Under the pieces are notes generated by a model. It saw only the letters and a program-made list of their open reading frames with translations. It was not told the origin of the DNA and ran no database searches. A stretch of DNA of 64,000 nt, from assembly GCA_964478235.1 (NCBI GenBank), contig CAYZGX010000003.1:5914-69913 (forward strand), given 5' to 3'. Numbering within the stretch: the stretch's first letter is position 1; every line of letters begins with the position of its first letter. Both the position numbers and the translations under genes were made by a program. This stretch comes from an uncultured Gammaproteobacteria bacterium (GTDB lineage Bacteria; Patescibacteriota; Patescibacteriia; Magasanikbacterales; GWA2-37-8). Shown here one piece after another: positions 26,683 through 34,891 of the stretch.

Positions 26683-27767
26683 ACGCCGTCGTCGTGTAAT
26701 GGATTATGAGCAGCTCGAAGAGCGAGGCCAAGCGGAAGGGCGAGTGATAGGTCACTATCTTTTACAGGGGTATTTTTGTAAGTAACATTTTTCCAAATAT
26801 GACCGGGGTGGGTGGAAATTTTCAGTTTTTGGGATAAAATCAGATCTAAATTAGCAAGACCAGCAGCTGGCCCAGCCATAGTTCCGTGTGAAATGGTATT
26901 GGTGCTGGAGAAATGATCTTGGTAGAAGGTTATAGCGTTTTGAATATCGTCAACCAAGCGTTTTAGCATGCCATCAACAACGTTAATATATTTAGGGTAT
27001 TTTTTGGAATGAACACATCCTTGTTCTTTGATAAAAGATAATGCTTCATCATGAGTAATTTTGAGGCCTTGAGACACCGCTGTGGTGAGAAGAGATAGCG
27101 AAAACGGTAGGGAAGCGCTAAATTGAATAGTATCATGGTCATAGACCACCAAACTGGAGCGGTCGTAGCCCAAATGAAACAAAGCACGAGCTTGCCCCGT
27201 ATAGTCTTTGTCTTCAGTGATAAGGACGCGGGTGAGAGCGGCCGCTTCCATATCCAATGCAAGCGGATTAAGGCCTGCCGCCTCAAGAAGATAGGTGTAG
27301 GAGTCAGAAGCAATTTTAGTGACGCTGGTGAGCAAAAATTGCGTCTCTTTTTCTGAGGTAGTAATCATTTGCCAGTCAAAATAGGCCTCATCTTCGCTGA
27401 AAGGCAAGTGTTTGGAGGCGTGGTAATGAATATCGTCGGTGGTAATTTCTTTGTCTGAGCCTGGAATAGTAATCAAAGTAATAAAGGTCTTTGGCTCAGG
27501 AATGTTAGCTACTACCCAGGGGCTTTTAATTTTTTTATAAGCCCCATCTTCTCCAAGAAGATGTAAAATTTTTCGACGAACGACTTCCGGTTGTTCGATT
27601 TCTCCGTTTACAATACAGCCTGGCGGAAGAGTGGTAGTGCGCAAATTAGCAACCGAAAAATACTCCTTGCCAAATAAAGGAGAGTGGTGATTAAGTTGGA
27701 GCAGGGTCAAGGACAAATCATCGATGTAGAGACCGAACGCCCCAGGAAATGGGTTGCTTAAAAACAT
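26679..27767 (-). CDS. pilM: Type IV pilus assembly ATPase-like protein PilM (actin-fold)
   Basis: ~360 aa actin-like fold protein directly upstream of pilN, the typical pilMNO order. Confidence 0.75.
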   Translation of the reverse strand: MFLSNPFPGAFGLYIDDLSLTLLQLNHHSPLFGKEYFSVANLRTTTLPPGCIVNGEIEQPEVVRRKILHLLGEDGAYKKIKSPWVVANIPEPKTFITLITIPGSDKEITTDDIHYHASKHLPFSEDEAYFDWQMITTSEKETQFLLTSVTKIASDSYTYLLEAAGLNPLALDMEAAALTRVLITEDKDYTGQARALFHLGYDRSSLVVYDHDTIQFSASLPFSLSLLTTAVSQGLKITHDEALSFIKEQGCVHSKKYPKYINVVDGMLKRLVDDIQNAITFYQDHFSSTNTISHGTMAGPAAGLANLDLILSQKLKISTHPGHIWKNVTYKNTPVKDSDLSLALPLGLALRAAHNPLHDDGV

Positions 27768-27773
27768 ATTTTT

Positions 27774-28883
27774 TTAGAAACTTTGAGCCAGCGAGTACAT
27801 CGGCATGATAACAGCCACCGCCACACCCATAATAAGAATCATAACCGGCTCAACAATCGTTGAAAAATTACGCATGGTAGCGTCAACCTCTTCGCCATAA
27901 TATTCGGACAATTCTGACAGCATGTGGTCTACCTGACCCGATTGTTCACCCACCATAATCATCTGCACCACCATTGGGGGGAAGTACATCGGGTATTTAG
28001 CCAGTGTTTCAGATAGTGGGGAACCCTTTTTGAGATCCTCAGCCATCACTAGAACACTTTCGCGGTAGCGAACGTTACCTAACACCTGAGCGGTAATTTT
28101 TACCGCTTCAATAATTGGCAAGGCACTTTGGAGAAGTGAAGATAGCGTGAGAGTGAAGCGGGCAATATTAATTTTCTTCATAATAATACCAAACACCGGT
28201 AGTTTGAGAAGAAAAGCATGAACTTGGTATTTGACCGGTGGTTTGCGCAAGAGCCAGATACAAAAACTAACAAAAGCAACAAGACCAAGAGCGACAAGCA
28301 GAGCGTACTTTTCAGAAAAATTGACCACGCCCATTAAGATGCGAGTTGGCAGTGGTAGCTCAGCGTTAAAATCGTTGAACATCACTAAGATTTTTGGTAA
28401 TACAAAGACCACCATTTCAATACCGATACCAGTCATAGCGGTCATAATTACTGCCGGGTAAATGAGTGCACCACGAATACGGCTGGTCAGCTCATGGCTC
28501 TTTTTCATCTGATTATAGACTTGCTCGAGCGATTCCTGCATTTTACCAGCCGATTCACCGGCAGCAATCATGCTCACATAAATTGGAGGGAACACTGCTG
28601 GGTAATCAGCCAGCACTTCGCTCAGCTGACGGCCTTTTTCAACTTGGAGCTTGATTTCACCTAAAATGCCTTGAAGACGTTTATTGTCCACCTGCTCAGC
28701 TAGAATACGCAAGCCATCAATAATCGACAGGCCGGCTTTGACCATGATCGACAAGTTGTGAACAAATAACATTTTCTGAACAAACGGAATACGAACCAGA
28801 TGATCATTAATCCAGGCAGTAAATTTATCCGGTGGCGGAGCTGTTTTTGTCGCCGATAGTTGTTTTTTGGTAGCAACTCGCAT
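27774..28883 (-). CDS. pilC: Type IV pilus / T2SS platform protein PilC (GspF family)
   Basis: Two T2SSF-type repeats each with cytoplasmic domain plus TM helices. 369 aa. Confidence 0.9.
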   Translation of the reverse strand: MRVATKKQLSATKTAPPPDKFTAWINDHLVRIPFVQKMLFVHNLSIMVKAGLSIIDGLRILAEQVDNKRLQGILGEIKLQVEKGRQLSEVLADYPAVFPPIYVSMIAAGESAGKMQESLEQVYNQMKKSHELTSRIRGALIYPAVIMTAMTGIGIEMVVFVLPKILVMFNDFNAELPLPTRILMGVVNFSEKYALLVALGLVAFVSFCIWLLRKPPVKYQVHAFLLKLPVFGIIMKKINIARFTLTLSSLLQSALPIIEAVKITAQVLGNVRYRESVLVMAEDLKKGSPLSETLAKYPMYFPPMVVQMIMVGEQSGQVDHMLSELSEYYGEEVDATMRNFSTIVEPVMILIMGVAVAVIMPMYSLAQSF

Positions 28884-28885
28884 AC

Positions 28886-30679
28886 TTATTCTTTGGTCAC
28901 GCGTAAGATCTCACTAATTGTAGTGATACCCATTTTAGCTTTGAGGAGCGCATCCTCAAGCATCGTTAACATACCGTTTTTACGAGCAGCCGCAGCAATT
29001 TCATCAGCTGAAGCGCGCTTATTGACCATAGTTACAATGTCTGGGGTGATTTCCAGCACTTCATAAATACCCTGACGGCCTTTGTAGCCAGTGTCACCAC
29101 AGCGTCGGCAGCCTTCGCCTTGAAAAAAAGTAGTTGGGTCAGTATTTCGTCCTTTATCTTTTGGAATATTATTTTTGAAAAGGGTGACTAGTTTTTCGGT
29201 GGCAAACAAGCGGGCTAAATCATCAGCTGCTGTTTTTTCTAGTTTGTATTCTTTTTTACAAAACGTACAAATTTTGCGGACTAAACGCTGAGCCACGATG
29301 ATATTAGCAGTGTAAGCTACTAAAAATGGTGGCACGCCCATATCCAAAAGGCGAGGTAGGGAAGTAGCTGCATCATTGGTGTGGAGGGTGGAGAGCACCA
29401 AGTGGCCAGTCATAGCGGCGTTGATGGCGATTTCAGCAGTTTCTTGGTCGCGGATTTCACCGACCATGATAATATTTGGGTCTTGGCGAAGAAGCGCGCG
29501 AAGGCCAGAGGCAAAAGTGAAGCCAACCTTTGGATTAATCTGTGATTGGTTGACGCCCGGCATGCGATATTCAATTGGATCCTCAACAGTGGAAATATTC
29601 ACGCCTGGTTGGTTCAAAATACCAAGTACTGAATAGAGGGTGGTAGTTTTACCGCTACCAGTTGGGCCGGTAACCAAAATCATTCCGTGCGGTTTGGTGA
29701 TGGCACGCTCTACTTTTTGGCGAGCGTCATCAAGGAAGCCGAGCTGATCAAGGGTGAGAGCATTCGTACCTTCATGCAAGATACGCATAACCACTTTTTC
29801 ACCATCATAGACTGGTAAAATAGAGACACGGAAGGCTACTCGTTCGTCGCCAGCCTGGATTTTGAAGCGACCATCTTGTGGAATCATATGCTCGTCGAGC
29901 TTGGCATTACAGAGAATTTTGAGACGAGCAATAACACCACTCTGAATACTCTTTGGCAGGGTCATGATTTGCTTCAAAATACCATCAATACGATAGCGGA
30001 CACTAATATCTTTTTCAGTTGGCTCAATATGGATATCGGAAGCACCTTCAAAAACAGCATTTTCTAAAATACTGTTGACGACGTTGATAACATTGACGGC
30101 TTCGGCCGCTTTTTTGAGATCACTACCGCCTTCGCCACCTTCGCTGTCTTGGATAACTTTGAGTTGTTCGCTTTCGAGCTCGGCATGATAGCGACGAAGC
30201 GCTTCGCGGAGATCAGACGGAGCGGTGACATAGACTTTCGGTTCAAGACCAGTTTTACGACGCAAAAATTCAATCGTCTGAATATCTGACGGGTCGGTCA
30301 TGGCGATTTTAATCTCACTCGCCGATTTTTCAAAAATAACTACTTGATGAGTGCCAGCAACCGGGCCAGGAATAAGGGCCAGCACCTCTTTTTTAATCTC
30401 ACGCCCTTTGAGGGGGATAAAGGTGACCCCAGCGTCAGCGCCGATTTTGGTGTAGAGTTCTTTTTCGTCAATAAGATTATCGGTAATCAGAACCTCCTCC
30501 AAAGTTTTGTTGAGTTTGACCGCTTTAGCCTCAGCTTTGCGCAGTTCAGCGGCGGGTATTTTAAAAGTTGTCTTAAGAAGCTTCTTAAGATTTGCCGTAG
30601 TTGGCATAGAAGTATGCGGAAATGTACCGGACAAGACGGTACATACCGTCAGTATAGCATACTTTAGGGATTTTTTCAC
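28886..30679 (-). CDS. pilB: Type IV pilus assembly ATPase PilB (GspE family)
   Basis: Walker A GPTGSGKTTT. Asp/His boxes. C-terminal tetracysteine CTFCKK...CRRCGDTGYKGRQGIYE. N-terminal GSPII_E_N-like domain. Confidence 0.95.
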   Translation of the reverse strand: MKKSLKYAILTVCTVLSGTFPHTSMPTTANLKKLLKTTFKIPAAELRKAEAKAVKLNKTLEEVLITDNLIDEKELYTKIGADAGVTFIPLKGREIKKEVLALIPGPVAGTHQVVIFEKSASEIKIAMTDPSDIQTIEFLRRKTGLEPKVYVTAPSDLREALRRYHAELESEQLKVIQDSEGGEGGSDLKKAAEAVNVINVVNSILENAVFEGASDIHIEPTEKDISVRYRIDGILKQIMTLPKSIQSGVIARLKILCNAKLDEHMIPQDGRFKIQAGDERVAFRVSILPVYDGEKVVMRILHEGTNALTLDQLGFLDDARQKVERAITKPHGMILVTGPTGSGKTTTLYSVLGILNQPGVNISTVEDPIEYRMPGVNQSQINPKVGFTFASGLRALLRQDPNIIMVGEIRDQETAEIAINAAMTGHLVLSTLHTNDAATSLPRLLDMGVPPFLVAYTANIIVAQRLVRKICTFCKKEYKLEKTAADDLARLFATEKLVTLFKNNIPKDKGRNTDPTTFFQGEGCRRCGDTGYKGRQGIYEVLEITPDIVTMVNKRASADEIAAAARKNGMLTMLEDALLKAKMGITTISEILRVTKE

Positions 30680-30727
30680 TAAAAACGGGGGTCGGAGAGG
30701 TGGTTATCCCCAGACGGTATCAAAACC

Positions 30728-30755
30728 TTGACAATCCCGTCTTTTGTGCTACAAT
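30728..30755 (+). promoter_or_regulatory. Sigma-70-type promoter upstream of rpsF-ssb-rpsR
   Basis: TTGACA (30728-30733), 16-nt spacer, TACAAT (30750-30755). Confidence 0.5.
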
Positions 30756-30950
30756 AAGCCCACTTTAGGCTCTAAGCCAAAAGTCTTCTGGCAGCTAGCT
30801 CCTGCCCGAACAACGCGTTCACTTTATCTTTTATTTATCGTTCATACCTTAGACTATACTCCGAAGTATCTAACGGCTCGGTATAGCTATCCATTTTGCC
30901 CTTAAGCACTTACGCGCGAGTGGCGAAAGGTGTGGATTTAGTAAGCATTT

Positions 30951-31469
30951 ATGCAGAAATACGAATTATTGTTGATCTTGCCGGGCACGCTCGACGAAAA
31001 AGAAGTTGAAGCTCGCTCACAAGAGATTCTCGCAATCGTCAAAGAACACGGTTCTGATGTGACTGTTGAGAATATGGGTAAAAATCGCTTGGCCTACCCA
31101 ATCAAGCAAATCCGCTACGGTTATTACTTTGCCGTCACCTTCAAGGCTGAGTCCAAGGATGTGAAAACATTGGAGCAAAAGTTTAGCTTGATGCGCGATG
31201 TTCTCCGAGCGATCATCAGTTACTACAACACTGATATCACCGCTCAGCAAAAATTAGCCTACACCACCGCACAAGCTAGTGCGATGACAGTAGTCGCTGA
31301 TAAAGAAGTTGCTCCATCATTTGAGCCAGCACCACGCAAAGCTGCTCCTATCGAAGAAAAAGTCGAAGAAGTCGCTCCTGTTGAGAAAGCTGAAAAGCAA
31401 CTCGATATCGAGCAAATCACCAAAAAACTGGACGATCTGATGAGTGGTGATGTAATTCCTGGTGTTTAA
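30951..31469 (+). CDS. rpsF: 30S ribosomal protein S6 (with acidic C-terminal extension)
   Basis: MQKYELLLILPGTLDEKEVE...NMGKNRLAYPIKQIRYGYYF is the S6 signature. Confidence 0.9.
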   Translation: MQKYELLLILPGTLDEKEVEARSQEILAIVKEHGSDVTVENMGKNRLAYPIKQIRYGYYFAVTFKAESKDVKTLEQKFSLMRDVLRAIISYYNTDITAQQKLAYTTAQASAMTVVADKEVAPSFEPAPRKAAPIEEKVEEVAPVEKAEKQLDIEQITKKLDDLMSGDVIPGV

Positions 31470-31498
31470 CACTTCATCCATCTTTAACTCTTACGTCT

Positions 31499-31945
31499 AT
31501 GGACCTCAATCGCGCAACGATTATTGGACGCCTCACTCGAGACCCGGAACTCCGCAGTCTCCCAAGTGGTCGCTCTGTTGCCTCCTTCTCGGTGGCTACC
31601 AACCGCATGTGGACTGACCCACAAGGTCAAAAACAAAAGCAGGTTGAATATCATAATATCGTGGTCTGGTCCAAATTGGCGGAAACCGCTAGTCAGTATC
31701 TGAAAAAAGGCTCACGTGTCTACGTCGAAGGACGTCTCCAGACTCGTGAATGGGCCGGACAAGACGGCGTCAAACGAACCCGCACCGAAATCATCTCTGA
31801 CAACTTCATCATGCTTGATGGTCGTCCGTCAGAAGGTGGCGCTTTCGTCTCGGCTAGTAACGCCTCGTTCCCTCCAAGCGCACCAAGCGCTGCCCCACAA
31901 GAAGTGGTAGAAGAAGAGATTAAAGTGGAAGATATTCCTTTTTAA
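31499..31945 (+). CDS. ssb: Single-stranded DNA-binding protein
   Basis: OB-fold motifs LNRATIIGRLTRDPELR...NIVVWSKLAE. C-terminal acidic tip ending DIPF. Confidence 0.95.
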   Translation: MDLNRATIIGRLTRDPELRSLPSGRSVASFSVATNRMWTDPQGQKQKQVEYHNIVVWSKLAETASQYLKKGSRVYVEGRLQTREWAGQDGVKRTRTEIISDNFIMLDGRPSEGGAFVSASNASFPPSAPSAAPQEVVEEEIKVEDIPF

Positions 31946-31948
31946 AAT

Positions 31949-32194
31949 ATGATTCCAACTACAAAACCAGCTCCAGCCTTGAATAAAAATGGCCAGAAAG
32001 CTTGTTTATATTGCACCAACCCAAAAATGGTTGTTGACTATAAAGATATCGCTGTTCTCCGCCGTTTCGTATCTTCCTACATGAAGATCGCTCCACGCCG
32101 TCGCTCTGGCTTATGTGCTAAGCATCAGCGTCAGGTGGCTGGCGAAATCAAAAAAGCTCGTCAAGCTTGTTTGATGCCTTACGTCGCTCGCTAA
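31949..32194 (+). CDS. rpsR: 30S ribosomal protein S18
   Basis: CLYCT...VDYKDIAVLRRFVSSYMKIAPRRRSGLCAKHQRQVAGEIKKARQ is the S18 signature. Confidence 0.9.
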   Translation: MIPTTKPAPALNKNGQKACLYCTNPKMVVDYKDIAVLRRFVSSYMKIAPRRRSGLCAKHQRQVAGEIKKARQACLMPYVAR

Positions 32195-32256
32195 TCCGAC
32201 TACTTCATAAGTGATAAGAGAGTGTCTAAACGCACTCTCTTATTGTTTAAAGCCCT

Positions 32257-33288
32257 ATGTCTACCTGGCAAGATCTCAAAGACAATCCGCGATTAAAAAA
32301 AATCTACGAAGATCGCTCCACTATTATTCGAGCAGTTCGAGATTTTTTTTGGTCAAAAGATTTTTTAGAGACTGACTCGCCGTTGGCAGTAAAATATCCC
32401 GGACAAGAGCCATATCTTAATCCTATTTCACTGACTATTCACGACCCACACGGCAAAGCAGAAACCTTACACCTTATCACCTCGCCAGAGTTTAGTTTGA
32501 AAAAAATACTGTCAGCCGGATTCGAAAAGATTTTTTCCATCACTAAATGCTTTCGCGATTATGAAAGTTTTGGGGGCAACCACAATACCGAGTTCACTAT
32601 GATAGAGTGGTATCGTGCTCCAGGAACTCTTACGGCTATAATGGATGATACCGAAGAGTTGTTTAAGGCGGTTGGCGCTCGTCTCGGGCGAGAGAGTGTG
32701 GTTTATAAAAACACTACTGTCCCAATCAACGACGCTTGGGATCGAAAGACGATGAAACAATTGTGGGCTGAGTATCTTGGAGTAAATCTTGATGACTATC
32801 TGGAAAGCGAGCCTATAAAAAAGTTAGCTCAAGATAAACAACTATCAGTTGGTGACAACGATGAGTATGAAGATGTTTTTTTCAAACTATTTCTCAATCT
32901 CATCGAGCCAAAGCTTGGATTTTCTCGCCCGCTCTTTGTCTACGACTATCCTAAACGGATGTCGTCGCTCTCCAAAGCATGTGCTCACGATTCGCGCTAC
33001 GCTGAGCGCTTCGAGCTCTACATCGCCGGCTTAGAAATCGCCAATGCCTTTGGTGAGCTCACTGATCCGGTGGAGCAAGCCAGCCGGCTGGAAGCCGACA
33101 GGGCTCTTCGAGCCAAGCTTGGTCGAAGTACTTGGCCGGTAGACCCCTCTTTTATAGCTGCGCTGCAGTCAGGAATGCCCGAAGCCGGGGGTATTGCCTT
33201 GGGGATTGACCGTATGGTAGTATTGTTTACCAGCGCAAAGGATATAAATGAGGTTATTTTTCAATCTATTAGTGATCAATTAGCTTAA
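32257..33288 (+). CDS. epmA: Elongation factor P--(R)-beta-lysine ligase (EpmA/PoxA/GenX; truncated class II LysRS paralog)
   Basis: Class II aaRS catalytic core without anticodon-binding domain (FRDYESFGGNHNTEFTMIEWY; ERFELYIAGLEIANAFGELTDP; GMPEAGGIALGIDRMVVL). Immediately upstream of efp. Confidence 0.75.
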   Translation: MSTWQDLKDNPRLKKIYEDRSTIIRAVRDFFWSKDFLETDSPLAVKYPGQEPYLNPISLTIHDPHGKAETLHLITSPEFSLKKILSAGFEKIFSITKCFRDYESFGGNHNTEFTMIEWYRAPGTLTAIMDDTEELFKAVGARLGRESVVYKNTTVPINDAWDRKTMKQLWAEYLGVNLDDYLESEPIKKLAQDKQLSVGDNDEYEDVFFKLFLNLIEPKLGFSRPLFVYDYPKRMSSLSKACAHDSRYAERFELYIAGLEIANAFGELTDPVEQASRLEADRALRAKLGRSTWPVDPSFIAALQSGMPEAGGIALGIDRMVVLFTSAKDINEVIFQSISDQLA

Positions 33289-33293
33289 ACTCT

Positions 33294-33866
33294 ATGGCAG
33301 TTACAACCAGTGATATTCGTAAAGGAGCAGTTATTCGCCACAACGGCAATTTGTATGTTGTGGTTGATTTTCAACACGTCAACCCAGGTAAAGGCGCCGC
33401 CTTTACTCGTACCCGTATGAAAGACTTGGGTACTGGCAAGGTGATTGAAATTACCTATAAGTCAGGTGAAACTATTGATATTGTGAACGTCGATTTCCGC
33501 ACCATGCAATATCTCTACAAAACTGGCGACAACTTCGCTTTCATGAATATGACCTCCTACGAGCAGGTAGAAATGAATGGCGACCTCGTTGGTGAAGACG
33601 CTAAATATTTAAAAGAAGGTTTGGAAGTTATCATTGGTTTGTTTGAAGAACAGCCAGTAAACCTCCAGCTTCCAAAGAAAATTCAGTATACCGTAGTTGA
33701 AGCGCCGCCAGCAGTAAAAGGCGACAGTGCTGCCGGTAACGTTACTAAAGAAATCAAACTCGACAATGGCCTCTTGATTCAAGCTCCAATCTTTATCAAA
33801 GATGGAGAAGAAGTCTTGGTCAATACCGAAACTGGGGAATACTCCGCCCGCGCTAGTAAAGAATAG
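33294..33866 (+). CDS. efp: Elongation factor P
   Basis: KOW-like N-domain with the modified-loop Lys (NPGKGAAFTRTRMKDL). 190 aa. Confidence 0.95.
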   Translation: MAVTTSDIRKGAVIRHNGNLYVVVDFQHVNPGKGAAFTRTRMKDLGTGKVIEITYKSGETIDIVNVDFRTMQYLYKTGDNFAFMNMTSYEQVEMNGDLVGEDAKYLKEGLEVIIGLFEEQPVNLQLPKKIQYTVVEAPPAVKGDSAAGNVTKEIKLDNGLLIQAPIFIKDGEEVLVNTETGEYSARASKE

Positions 33867-33904
33867 CTGTTTAAAAAAGACCCACGAAACGGGTCTTTTT
33901 TGTT

Positions 33905-34180
33905 TTAGGAGAAGAAATAGAGGAGTCCAGCAATCTGTATCAAGAGGACAAGAGCCAACAGAGCTAAAAAAGAATCTTTTCTAGTTTTGTGGCGGAATAT
34001 TTTGATAGCAAGGATGGCACCAGGGCTGCCACCGAGGAGCGCTAGCAAGAGAAGAGTGCGCTCGCGTATTCGCCAAGCGTGTGAGGCGGCCGAAGCTTTA
34101 TCAACTCCAAAAAAAATTAGGGTCAGGAGGTTTATGGCAATAAGATAGCCGGCAAGAAGTGGTGATACCTCCATAGACAA
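33905..34180 (-). CDS. DUF1294-family small membrane protein
   Basis: YLIAINLLTLIFFGVDKASAASHAWRIRERTLLLLALLGGSPGAILAIKIFRHKTRK matches the DUF1294 pattern. Confidence 0.7.
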   Translation of the reverse strand: MSMEVSPLLAGYLIAINLLTLIFFGVDKASAASHAWRIRERTLLLLALLGGSPGAILAIKIFRHKTRKDSFLALLALVLLIQIAGLLYFFS

Positions 34181-34187
34181 AGACCGA

Positions 34188-34760
34188 TTAGTCTAGTTTA
34201 AGGCTTGGTTGACGGTTGGGCGAGACAAAACAGTCGCGACACATTGGTTGATAGGTAAAGGTGCCGTCTTCAGGGATAACTGGTGGCATACCACTTGTAA
34301 GCGGGACATTTTCACGGTAAACCTGTGTGTAGATAGCATCAAATTTTTTACATCCTTCACAAGCGGCGCGTTTGTAGCGAACTTCTTTGGGGCCAAGCTC
34401 CAAAAGCTGACCAATAATACTAAATAGTTTACCGCGATAGTCAGTATCAAGACCGGAAATAACGACCTTAGTACCTTCGCGCATTAATTGTTCAATAATC
34501 GCCACATCAGAATCGGGGAACATGTGGATTTCATCTACGCCGATTATAGAATACCCTTTGCCAAGTGCCTCTTTGAGTGAGTCAACCTTTTGAGCTGAGA
34601 GATTAACACCGTTACGAGATTGAATATGCTCGTCACGAACGTTGCGTGATGATTGAAAGAGAGCAAAACTAGTTGAGGAGTAGCGGAGTGGGGCAAAAAA
34701 ATTGATCAGATCAAATGATTTGCCGCTTTTCATTGGTCCTAAAATGAGAATTAATTCCAT
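34188..34760 (-). CDS. tdk: Thymidine kinase
   Basis: P-loop GPMKSGKS. IGVDEIHMF. C-terminal zinc ribbon CEGC...CRDC. Confidence 0.9.
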   Translation of the reverse strand: MELILILGPMKSGKSFDLINFFAPLRYSSTSFALFQSSRNVRDEHIQSRNGVNLSAQKVDSLKEALGKGYSIIGVDEIHMFPDSDVAIIEQLMREGTKVVISGLDTDYRGKLFSIIGQLLELGPKEVRYKRAACEGCKKFDAIYTQVYRENVPLTSGMPPVIPEDGTFTYQPMCRDCFVSPNRQPSLKLD

Positions 34761-34891
34761 AAGAAAAATATCTCCTTGGGTAAGCTATCGGTCGTCATCA
34801 TAACACCTTTTTTTACTTCGTCATAGAGCCTACGTCTGTTGATAAGTGGCTAATAAAAAACCACTCGAAATGAATGAGTGGTTTAGGGCTA

